Positions 10,220 through 21,121 of a stretch of 64,000 nucleotides of DNA are shown one piece after another; within the stretch, counting starts at the first letter, position 1; each line of letters begins with the position of its first letter. The notes below the pieces were generated by a model. That model was given only the letters and a program-made list of their open reading frames with translations. It was not told the origin of the DNA and ran no database searches. Origin of the DNA: Amoebophrya sp. A120 (lineage: Eukaryota; Protista; Dinoflagellata); the NCBI GenBank assembly GCA_905178155.1, contig CAJINV010000015.1:973907-1037906 (forward strand), written 5' to 3'. Position numbers and translations under genes: made by a program.

Positions 10220-11023
10220 TTACTCATTTCCTGTCTTCATCAAATCAACTATACCATTCACAGATTCCTCCGTTATCTGGCCGCTCAACTCCTGGGTCAC
10301 TGGTTGCAAGTCTTTCCCGCCCCGCAGCAGCGCTGATTTCTCGCAGAAGTTACACACTCCTCGCTTGGGGTCCGGAAAAACAATTCGTAGTCGTGGTCCA
10401 CCCGTCATGTTGCACTCGTCGCACACTCCTATGTGCTCGCACTTGCTGCACAGCAGGTAGTCTTCCTTGTCCTGGAATCGTTGCTTGGAATGTCGCTCGC
10501 CGCAGATCTGGCACGCCATCTTCTTCAATTCGTTTTTCAATTCTTGTCGTTTCGAGTCTAATGACGCTTCTAAATTTGTATTGGTTAAGTTGATGTCCGC
10601 AAGTTCCTTGTGCACCGACACCAGATTCAAGGCCTGCTCCTGGATTCTCGTCTCCTTCGCCGATATGTCGATTTTCTTGGTTTCTAAATCACGCTCGAAG
10701 TTTTTGATCCCATCTTGGAATCCCTTCGCGATGAGCTGAATCCTGGTCATTGCTTCTTTGTTGATCATTTCCTTCCTCATTTGGTGCCTCTTGTGGTGCA
10801 GTTTTTTGTGGTCCTCCGACAATGCTGCGCACGCCGCGTCCGTGGGTTCGAGAGGGATGTTGGCTTCGACACATTCTTTCTCGATTTTCTCGACTTTCTT
10901 CCTGAAGTCTCGGCAGTCCGTTTCCTTGACGAAGACGAAATCATCACGGGTCAATTGCGGGACGTTGGCCAACAAGGCGTCAACGTTCGCGATCGCTTCC
11001 GTTTCTGACTGATCTGCGGCCAT
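10220..11023 (-). CDS. Coiled-coil plus 8-Cys zinc finger protein, first ORF of the retroelement (267 aa)
   Basis: Heptad-rich E/K region followed by CQIC, CSKC, CDEC, CNFC. Confidence 0.7.
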   Translation of the reverse strand: MAADQSETEAIANVDALLANVPQLTRDDFVFVKETDCRDFRKKVEKIEKECVEANIPLEPTDAACAALSEDHKKLHHKRHQMRKEMINKEAMTRIQLIAKGFQDGIKNFERDLETKKIDISAKETRIQEQALNLVSVHKELADINLTNTNLEASLDSKRQELKNELKKMACQICGERHSKQRFQDKEDYLLCSKCEHIGVCDECNMTGGPRLRIVFPDPKRGVCNFCEKSALLRGGKDLQPVTQELSGQITEESVNGIVDLMKTGNE

Positions 11024-11293
11024 TTTTCTATTTTTCCTTTCGCGTAATTCGGTATCCTACTACTTACATTTTCATTGATGGTTCGCTTCACCCCGCGCTC
11101 GTCGCTCATTATTTCTCATGCTGTCTCTCATTGATCATTCCCAACAAACTGATATGTGTATTTGCCCGTAAACAGAAAAACACTCACACCCGCAAACATG
11201 GAGAACAGCCGCTTAGTGCTTCTAAGTCCTTCATGTATTGCCACATCATTTCAATCCCTAGCCAACTCGGGCACCGGTGGGGTTCCGGTGTCT

Positions 11294-11440
11294 GTGATTC
11301 AAAACGTGAGAACCACAGGGCTACCCGGGTGATCTTCTTAGATCACCAGAACAACAACTGTATTTCAACGTGCTAGGACACGCGGGTATCGAAATTCATC
11401 TGCTTTTAGTCGCATCTTGTACGATTCTTTACAAGCTCAA
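11294..11440. repeat. Split direct repeat A1 (147 bp)
   Basis: Matches 3026-3172. Confidence 0.95.
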
Positions 11441-12102
11441 AGAAACTTTTGAAATAGAAATGTTCTGTTCCGAATAAATGAGCACGACCGATTCAGGAAA
11501 AGTAGAAGTGTGTAGATCATTCAGCTGTGACCACTACCGAGTTGAGTAGAACTAGTGCAAGTGCTCGATCGCCGACGGAAACCGATCTTTGAGTTCTGCG
11601 CCTCCACCACAGCGAGCTAGTGCTGGTGTCGGAGCCAAATCTGAGTTGTGCCAAACCACTTAGTATCGGCAAAAATTCATGATCGCGACCGAATTTTCTA
11701 CTGAAGGACACGTATTTTTAAGTCATCGGCGTAGTAAGTCATTGGCCTCTTTAGCACGAGACCGACACTGGACAATGCAGATCAACTTCATCACCGACAT
11801 CTTCTTCAAGATCTGCTGTCGTGGAAAACAGTGTGAACAAGAAAGCAAAAATATTTCAACGCGGGAAAGCGTCCACCTGACGGCGTTCCTGAGGAAAGGT
11901 ACATGGAAATTGCTACTTATATTGCGCGCACGCGAATAAACTTGTTGATTGCAGCTCGGTATCAAACCGAAATAAAAGTCAAAGATAATGGACGTCGATG
12001 TCGATTGTCGAAACAGAATAACCGTCATAACCCAACCACACAGCTGCGACTCCGCTGCAGACCGAAGCACAACTTGCTTCTGACAGACAGGACATCTTCG
12101 TA

Positions 12103-15100
12103 CTATACCACCTTCTTATGCACTCCCGTAATCCCGCCCACCCCCGTTAGCCCGCTTTCGTATTCTTCCCGTTTGAAGTGCAACAGCTCAAACATGTTAT
12201 CCTGTGCAAAAGTATCGCACTCGTACTAATTGCTTTTATGCATTACAAATCTTTATCTCAAGGCAAATCCGCATTACAAATTCTATCTCTCATGCTGAGG
12301 AATATTGTAATGCAATTACTACTAGTACGATGCTTTTGCATTGCATACATGTCCATAGACGCCAGATTTGCAGCCCCAAGATAAACCTCGTTCGGCTTAA
12401 TCATCGGCTCAAATTGCGGAATCGCGGTGGTTGTCGCGCCACGACCATCGGAGTTACGATTCTTATAACCTTCTCAGGTGTTACAATCTCAAACGTTACC
12501 ATAGAGTATGGAAATCTGTGATGCAAGGAATCCATTCTCTAGCCAACTCTCATGGACAGACTGCGCATGACAAGTTCCGGAGTCCCAAACCGCACTACAA
12601 TCTGGCAAAATTTGCATTGCAGAAAGTGGAATACTGTCCGAGTGGTCTGTCATGCTCATCACGCAATACAAGATCCAGATTCTATTGTAACGCTTATGAT
12701 TGTCACCTTTGAGCAGGTCATAGTTCTTCACTTCCTTTTCCTTCCTCTCCTTCTCTGTCATCAACCCGGGAATGCGAAACGTCGGCTTCTTCGCAGCTGC
12801 TCCTGTTCCCCTGACCGCATCTGCGGCGCTCTTCGAAATTTCGTCGCCGTGGTTCATGTGGTCTGCTCGTTTTGCCGGAATCAAATCCCTTAAATCTAAC
12901 GGATCATGGACGATAATGTCGAACTTCAGATACTCCAAGGGGTTCGAGAGCTTTATCCTCCCTGTCCGGCGGAATTGCCTCTGCTCTTCCTCCTCTAACT
13001 CCAACATTTTCGTTAACTCGTCCATCGACTCCATCGAGCTTGTCAGCGCATCGTTCTTCGTGGTTTTTCGTTTCCTATGTTGCAACGCTAAGTAATCGTC
13101 TTCGTCGCCTAAACAGCTATTCATCATCGCTTTCAAAAACGGCATGTCCCGCAGCTCCTGTCGTAACCGCTGCGCTAAGTTCGTTACCCTGCTCACGCCG
13201 CCCGCGAGAACTATGTTCATGAACAACTCCGGGCGGATCGGGTGATTGCTGCAGTTGATGGCGTGACAGGTTAACTCCTGGAGCGACGCTGTCGTTTTCA
13301 AAGCGCCGCCGACCTCCTCTTCGCTGCCCGAAGGTTGGAAGCTGTTTAAGGTTTGTAAATACGCTTGCTCTTCCTTTGTCAGAAGTGTTTTCCCACCGAG
13401 GTTGATCCCGCGAAGCTGCTCAAACATCTGCGGCTTGAACAACGCTTCCAGACATCTGCATCGCTCCGTCTTGATACTGTACACCCGCCCGGTCAGCTTG
13501 CACTCGTAATTTTTCGGCTGACACAACTTCAATTCCGTCATCCCGTTGGTCAGGACAAAACCCATTTTGTGCAGAATCTCCTCCGCGTTCTGTAATTGCC
13601 GCCACTCCTCGCCGAAAAACTCGATGTCGCGCTCCTCTTTGAGGATATGCATTGCAAAAGTATCGCACTCGTATAAATGCATTACAAATTTCCTCAGCAT
13701 GAGAAATAAGATTTGTAATGCAGATTTGACTTGGAAACAAGATTTGTAATGCAAGCCTTGCATTTAAACGAGTACGATACTTTTGCACAGGATAGAGGAA
13801 TTTCAGCAACAACTCCGTGATGTCCTTCCCGCCGTAGTTGTTCCGGTCCACCGTGTGGGGCATCAAATAGCCCTCGTAAATACAGCAGGCGGAGGTGGTC
13901 GTTTCCCCAATGTCGACTAAGCAGCCCGTCTTCTTCCCGTGGGCCACTAAAGTCAAAGTGGGGATCTGGGTGACACAAACCGCAATGGCGTCGAACTTGT
14001 CGAAGAGAACCCCTACCATTCTTTCCCGATCTAGCTTGCTCGTCCAGGGGGCTTCGGTTATGAGAATTGGGAAACGGTTAAGGAGAGGGTGGTCAAAAAG
14101 CTCTTCCTCTTCTTCCTCAGCTGGATTTATTCCTGGGTCTTTGTCTTTATCACCTCCAATCTCGCTCTTATTATCCCCAACACTTGACGCCGTGTCTTTT
14201 GAGCCTTTATTTTTCTTCTTTTTGCCAGTCGCGGTTGGAGGGCCCGCACCGGTGTTTGTAGTTGCCCCATTCGGATCTGATACAGCTGGTCCTGGCTCAG
14301 TTTCGTCGAAGCTTTTGTACACTGCTCTGTGTTCCCGGTACACCATTTTTGGTCTTTTCACCACGTCTAATTCCAGTTTCGGGTTCAAAAACAGCCGCTG
14401 CCACACTTTTTCCAACACTTCCCAATCTTGGACGATGCCATGGCGGATTGGGAAGATCAGCTGCATATCAACTGCAAATATGTCGGGGTCTGGAAGTAGA
14501 ACCCAAGTTTGTCATGCACATTTTGCATCATCCATGACATCTGTGATGTACGCTCTAGCATCACAGATCATTACTTGCGGCCTTCTTGATGCCTCTCCCG
14601 CATGAGAATAAATGCCCTCTCCGCATAGCAAAAACCGGACTCGTCTTCCGGATGATCATGCAAGAATTGCAAGACAAATTTTTTTCGAATACAAACGCAG
14701 CATCACAAGTTCTTGCATCCTTCCAGGCCCAGATCGATATTTGCAATGCATACTGCAGACTGTTCCGCTGCTCGTACGCCTATCCAGTGCAAAAGTATCG
14801 CACTCGTATTGCAGTCATGCATTACAAATCTCTTGCTTAAGGTAAAATAGCATTACAAATATTTCTCATGCTGAGGAAATTTGTGATGCATTTATAAAAT
14901 AGAACTATAGAATTTTTACTCGGATTTTGCGCCCCTATAAACTATAGGGGCCCCTTAGAAAATGAATTCTAGGAGAGAAGCCGTCTAGGCGCCTCCCTTA
15001 AGTGAGCTCCTAGGGGAAGCCTCTAAGGGAACGCACTAAAGAAAACGACTGGCAAGGCGGGGGCCAAAAGTCCTGCGGCACAAAATAAACAAAACCCAGC

Positions 15101-16648
15101 GGAGTGGCGCGCGGGCCTCGCCCCATGGCTTGAAGAAATCGAAAGAAAAAAGCCGGGCCAGTTTTTAGCAGGCCTATTCTGGCTACCCCAAAGCCCCGGC
15201 CCCGTTTGGGGGCGCAGGGGGGCGATAGCACCCTCCCGGCAAAACGAGACTGGGAAGGCAGCGCCCGGCCCCCCGGTAAGCCTAGGTAGAGCTAATGCCA
15301 TCGGCATCCACTGGGGGTATATCTGAAGTTATATCTGGGGGTATATCTGGGGGTATATCTGGGGGCATATCTGGGGGCATATCTGGGGGTATATCTGGGG
15401 GCATATCGATGTCTGGGGAGATATCTGGGGCTATATCTGGGGCCATATCTGGGGATATGTCTGGGGAATTTGGGTGGGTGCTTTTTGATCGGGCTCGTAT
15501 TTCGGACATCTGGAGGATTGCAATAGGGTCGCTCGTAGGAAATGGCTTGCTGGGGGCGCGCTTCCAGGAGTTTTCTCTAGGATCCGATGGAGCCCCACCG
15601 AGAAAGCTGCTGTGAGGGCGCGCTGAAGAAAACGGCTGGTATTGTGGGGGCCAAAAATGCTGTATGTGCGCCCTCCCCGCGGGTGGAAAATAGCACAGTA
15701 GTAGCGCTCTTTTTGGCTCCGATTTCTTTTCCATCCTACAGATTAGAGGGCGCGCCATAGGGGCTGAGTAGTAGGAGGGACCGTTCTAGGAGTTTTTTTG
15801 GTAGCGGCCTCACCGGGCGAGCTTCATTCTTTAGAATAAAGGGGCCGGCGAAACGGCAGAGGAGGCGCTGCGGGTGGTTCCGTCTAGAATTGAGGCAACC
15901 CACAACAGGGAAATCCATCAGGCCAAGGCCCGCGGCCGGGTGGGGGCGAGCTAGAAGCTGAGCGCAGGGAACGAAAGCGAGCGCGCCCGCTAATGTGGGC
16001 CGCTACTAGGGAAGGGCGTTGCTAGCAAGCGCGGGCTAAAACCGCCCGCCGGGTTTCTAATAGTGGCCGCGTTTGCGCTAGGTAGCAGATTCCGAATGGT
16101 AGGACTCTTTCGACTAGCCTGCACCCCTACGCTCGCCCAGTTTTTTTCTGGGCGTTTACATTTAGATTTACTAGACGACCTATCGCCGGCGTCCTGGACG
16201 CCGGCGTAGTAGTCTAGTACGAATACGATACTTTTGCAATTCATAACGCCTCGTGAAAGAACATTTCCTCCCGTTGTTTCCCGCTTGCTTCATCGAAGTT
16301 CAAGGAATACCCGAAGACATTGGGCACAATAACCCTTGGATGCTCCTCCACGTTGCGATCGACGTCCGCCGATAATCCCGCGTACATATGACTCGCGGTT
16401 TGCACGAGAACTACACAAACGGAATCGTCGTTCCCCTGGTATACCCGCTGGGCCTGGGGTCGGGCCGGCCTCGCGGATTTCTGTTTCAGCTTATTCGCCC
16501 CGGCCAGGGCCGCCGCCGCGCCGCCCTGGGCGAGGGAAGGGGGCCGGGTCGGCTTGCTGCGCTTCGGAGCCGCCTTCGGCGGGCCCGCGAGGACGGGGGG
16601 TGCAGGACCTTCGTCATCCGCTGGTTGCTCTGCTGCTTCGTCGGCCAT
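12103..16648 (-). CDS. Divergent actin-related protein, 6 exons
   Basis: PRVIVPNVFG, LIFPIRHGIVQDWE, PILITEAP, TGCLVDIGETTT, IYEGY, GGKDITE, NIVLAGGVS, YLGAANLAS, REEYE; frame restored across 5 introners. Confidence 0.9.
12198..12347. mobile_element. Introner family A
   Basis: TIR TATCCTGTGCAAAAGTATCG; DR CATGT. Confidence 0.92.
12464..12722. mobile_element. Introner family E (B-related, degenerate)
   Basis: TIR TATAACCTTCTCAGGTGTTACAATC / GATTGTCACCTTTGAGCAGGTCATA; DR ATTCT/GTTCT. Confidence 0.8.
13646..13794. mobile_element. Introner family A (reverse orientation)
   Basis: DR GAGGA; empty site in paralog near 20183. Confidence 0.95.
14466..14752. mobile_element. Introner family C
   Basis: TIR TATCAACTGCAAATATGTCGGGGTCTGGAAG; DR CTGCA. 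Confidence 0.9.
14895..16217 (+). mobile_element. Non-autonomous Helitron-like element
   Basis: Inserted between A and T of the introner sequence CATTTA^TACG; ends CTAG; hairpin CGCCGGCGTC-CTG-GACGCCGGCG 11 nt before the end. Confidence 0.78.
15311..15467. repeat. 12-bp minisatellite (CTGGGGGTATAT-like) inside the Helitron
   Basis: About 12 tandem units seen directly. Confidence 0.9.
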
Positions 16649-19600
16649 TGGCGATTGTGAATTTCAATGTCCCCCGTGTTCGATTCAGGGTTACTTGGTG
16701 AATCACCAGCAGACACGATGGCGACTAGTAAGCGCAAAATGAAAACGACTCACGTGGTCATTCGATTTCATCATGCTTTCGTGCTGAGCAGTGCCAACTT
16801 TTAGTTAGGTATAGGAAAAGAGCCTGCAACTTACTAGAGTGAGTGGCGCACCGGTGCGACAATTTTGCTCGACGGATGTTTTTTGTTGAAGCTGAAAACA
16901 ACATAGATATCGAAATCATGCACGTAGAAATAAAACGAAGCTTTGTTCCTTGGGGAATGGGAGGCTTCATCTACGAATTCGCGCATTATCTATCATTCAA
17001 GAGTTCCTTGCAGTGGAGGTCCTGTGATAGTGATAAGGAAGCGATAATAATCTTGAAACATATTAGCAACGGAAAACTGTTGTAGATGAAAATCGCGTGC
17101 ACCGATCAATTGCTATGCGACTCTAAGACCAGTCCAGGTGCTGAATGCAACTAGGATACTAATCTCTGTATCTTTTTTCTGGACGAAAGAGCATTTTGCA
17201 CGATAATGAAGCGGCGATATTTTTCCATTCTTGTCCACCGGACCGGACGAGGCACGAATGATAATTGGACGGTAGCGGAGAGACGAGCTAAAGACGAGGG
17301 CAGTCTGAAACAAAGAGACGCAACAAGAGCGTACGAAACGACACCAAATAACGACCAGAAAAACCAAAAAATCAGTCCGGAAGTTAGTATCAAGCCCGCC
17401 CCGGCGCTACTTGTTCATTTTCATCGAACATCAAAACAAGCGACAGGACACCCATCGCAGAAACGCGAAAGACCACGAACACAGCTCTAGAGGAGCTTCA
17501 TCACGGTCCCTTCGTCGCGTCTGTCCCCTGGTCCTCACACGAAAGGAGGAGGGTTTTCTGATTCTAATGTGAGATGAAAACTAAAAGTATCAATCAAGAA
17601 AAGCCGCCTGATGTTCTTTGGGTTTCTGTTTGCTGACACCTGCTATTCGTGTTCCTATCACTCTTCTTTGCTGCTGCAAGCCTAGTTGCTGTCCTTGCTC
17701 GGCGTGGTACAAAGAATTCCTCGTGTTCATCTCATCCTAGATAGCGGGTCACCACTACAAATCCAAATCGAGGAACTATTCGCAACACTTTGCACTTGCA
17801 CAAATTCAACATCTGCGTAAGTAATTCATTCAGGAGCGACAAAGACCACGGTCTACATGCAAGTGGAAAAAGCAAACTCCAGTTCTCAGCTCATCAAGTT
17901 AGCGACAATACACTTTTTCAACAAGAAATACAGTACTACTTTAAATTGGCGATGGCAAAGCTGCTCCGGAGTAACTTTGGCACTTCTAGGGCGTTCTTGT
18001 TTGACCAACTTTGTTGTAAGAGTCTCTTGTCGCTTACTTGATAAGGTATCTTCTTCATCGCAGGCATTCTTCATGTGGAAGATTTTCTACTTCTAGCTTT
18101 CTTCTCGGTGAAACGGGGGTAATACTGCTGCAGCAAATTTTGCACCTTCTATGTACACGTGCCTCTAAGATTTGTTTTTCGTAGTAGCGAAGTTGTATTA
18201 AGTACTCATGATGGGCGCCATTCATGTTGAGCGGCCAAAAGGTGAAGACAAGGGGGTCCCTCGAAACCACGTAATAGCTTTTCCTTTTTCACAACTGTGC
18301 GCTGCAACTCCCTACTGCAGAAGCTAATGGTGCTCTGAATCTGATGGCGCTAAGTACGACATCATGGATATTGATCGGAGGTACCATACGCAGTACAGCA
18401 TATCAACATTCCGTGGCAGGAGCTCCACCAGGACAATAGAATCGGATTGAAGAATTGTATTGCACCCAAGAACTACTCTACGACGTGTATAAATTTCTGG
18501 TCTGCTCTTACAAGGGGCTGGATCATCTCCGCTGCTGCAAACAGTGACCGCTAGTATCCGGAGTACTTTTACAACTAGGAGCTACCTCTTTCTGATATAC
18601 GAAACTTTGACACGAGATCGAGATGAGTACTTTCTTAAAATTTTTGTGCCTGTAGTGGTCGCACCAGAAGTTAGTTTGACTTTTTCTCTTGATGCAGGAA
18701 ACATCACATGCGCATAGACATAGAATTTTTCCTGAACTACGACTACAGACACTATCCCGATGGGGTACAACGGGAAGATAAAGTAGCAGACAGTCAGTAG
18801 AAATGCAGCTAGGCAGCGAGCGAAAATTTCAGAATCATGGCACGGCTGCTGCTCAGAGAAAGTCAACTACTAGCTTCTACTTGCTTGTGCAACTTCGGTG
18901 ACAATACTTCAAAAAGCAACATCTCAGCCTAAAAAAAAAATCGGGGGGTCGAAGATCACAAACATGTTGGAAAAACAAAAATTACGTGCTAAAAAATAGA
19001 AATACGGAATGCCGGGCACTTGCTCTGAATAGAAGGTCGTGAAGCGGATGAAGCGCCAGCTCTTTGATGTTGATAAACAAGTGCACGATAGCTCCTGCAA
19101 AAAAAAAGGAAGACAAAATGCTTTCACGGTAGTGCGAATGAACTTTGGTCTCTTTTTCGATGAAACGAGCAAATTGTGATTGATTTTTTTTTGTGAAAAG
19201 ATATTGCGCAAACGATTTTTTGGAAGTGCTACTCACTGTAACTGTTCATGGAAACGAAGAAAAATGAATAGTAAAAATAAAATGAAAAGAATTTAGAAGT
19301 ACTTTTTAAAGTTGGAATTGCATGCCGTTTGCAGTTTTTTTCGTCACGAGCAGTTCTGTTCTTTCTTATTGATTCTTCTTGTCTTCTCTTTGTATATATA
19401 ATTCGACGGCTTTGATGGAAATTGTTGCTCACGTACTTTGTTCTACTTTGTTAATTCGAATACATGCAGCAGGATCTTCGGATTCGGACTTGCATCTGCT
19501 ACTTTTCAGTTTATTACGTATTGAGATACTATTTTTTTTTGCTCTGCGCAATTCAAGGGGGCCGACGCCCCCTATCCGCCCGTCGAGACAACTGCGCATA

Positions 19601-19661
19601 GCATTTTGGTTTTGGACAAATTGAAATTTGCGGCTCCTTTTGTCATTCTCAGCAGAACTCA

Positions 19662-19824
19662 CGCAACAGAGTTACACCTGTCATGCCAGACACCCATGAA
19701 GTTCTCTTTTCCTGTGTGTTTTCCCTTACAAGCTACGCATGACAGGTTTTCTCTGTCATGTAGAGCAGATTTGTGATGCTGTCAGCAAAAGAAAGTTACA
19801 CTAACACAGTTTTCTTCTTGGATA
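19662..19824. mobile_element. Truncated introner family D (left end lost)
   Basis: Right TIR GTTACACTAACACAGTTTTCTTCTTGGATA; body similar to 59783-59999. Confidence 0.75.
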
Positions 19825-20490
19825 GCGACGCTGTCGTTTTCAAAGCCCCGCCGACCTCCTCGTCGCTACCCGAAGGTTGGAAGCTGTTTAAGGTTTGTAA
19901 ATACGCTTGCTCTTCCTTTGTCAGAAGTGTTTTCCCGCCGAGATTGATCCCGCGAAGCTGCTCAAACATCTGCGGCTTGAACAACGCTTCCAAACATCTG
20001 CATCGCTCCGTCTTGATGCTGTACACCCGCCCAGTCAGCTTGCACTCGTAATTTTTCGGCTGACACAACTTCAATTCCGTCATCCCGTTGGTCAGGACAA
20101 AACCCATTTTGTGCAGGATCTCCTCCGCGTTCTGTAATTGCCGCCACTCCTCGCCGAAAAACTCGATGTTGCGCTCCTCTTTGAGGAATTTCAGTAGCAA
20201 CTCCGTGATGTCCTTCCCCCCGTAGTTATTTCGGTCCACCGTGTGGGGCATCAAATAGCCCTCGTAAATACAACAGGCGGAGGTGGTCGTTTCCCCGATG
20301 TCGACTAGACAGCCCGTCTTCTTCCCGTGAGCCACTAGAGTCAAAGTGGGAATCTGGGTGACACAGACCGCAATCGCGTCGAACTTGTCGAAGAGAACCC
20401 CTACCATTCTTTCCCGATCTAATTTGCTTGTCCAGGGGGCTTCGGTTATGAGAATCGGGAAACGGTTAAGAAGAGGGTGGTCAAAAAGCG
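19825..20490 (-). pseudogene. Truncated paralogous fragment of the actin-related gene
   Basis: Nearly identical peptide to 13283-14100; both ends break into unrelated duplicated flank. Confidence 0.85.
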
Positions 20491-21121
20491 AACTACGAAC
20501 TGACTCTGGGGGTCGACATACTTGAAAATAATTTGAAAAGACCTAAATTACGTGCTAAAAAAAATATGGAATACCGGGATCTTGCTCTGGCTGTGAAGCA
20601 CCAGTTCTTTGATTTATAGCAAAAGGAAGAAGGAGAAAATGCTTTCACGATGGTGTGAAGGAATGTACTTCGGTTTCTTTTTCGAAACAAGGAAATTGAT
20701 TTTTTTTTTTAAAGATAACGCTGAAGCGATTTTTTTAAAGATAAAGTGCCACTCACTGTAACTGTTCATGAAAACGAAGAAATGAATAGTAAAATCAAAA
20801 GAATTGTAAATACACTTTTTTAGGTAGAAATTGCCTCCCGTTTACAGTTTTTTTTCGAGCTTTGTTCTTTCTTGTCATCTTCTTCTTGTAGACTCGACGG
20901 CTTTGTAAATTGTAATTGTGGCTCACGTACTTTGTCAAATTCTAATACACTTGCATCAACATCTGCTACTTTTCAGTTTAGTACGTATTGAGATACTTTT
21001 TTTTTTTTGCTCTGCGCCGTCGCCCCCCATCCTCCCGCCGAGACTTCTGCGCATAACACTTTCGACGAATTGAAATTTGCGGCTCCTTTTGTCATTTTCA
21101 GCAAAACTCCGCTTGCTATTC

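Larger units (their letters stand above)
2534..11440 (-). mobile_element. Full-length tyrosine-recombinase retrotransposon (DIRS order, PAT/Ngaro-type split direct repeats)
   Basis: Sense layout A1(11440-11294)-ORFs-B1(3335-3171)A2(3172-3026)-spacer-B2(2698-2534); intact YR and RT/RH ORFs; both ends at AA, no larger TSD. Confidence 0.93.
14781..16245. mobile_element. Introner family A containing a nested Helitron
   Basis: A-type termini, DR ACGCC; joins FHEA-YEQR. Confidence 0.9.

Noticed and set aside
15282-15758. PPDI / SGGI repeat ORFs
   Set aside because: Translations of the 12-bp minisatellite inside the Helitron.
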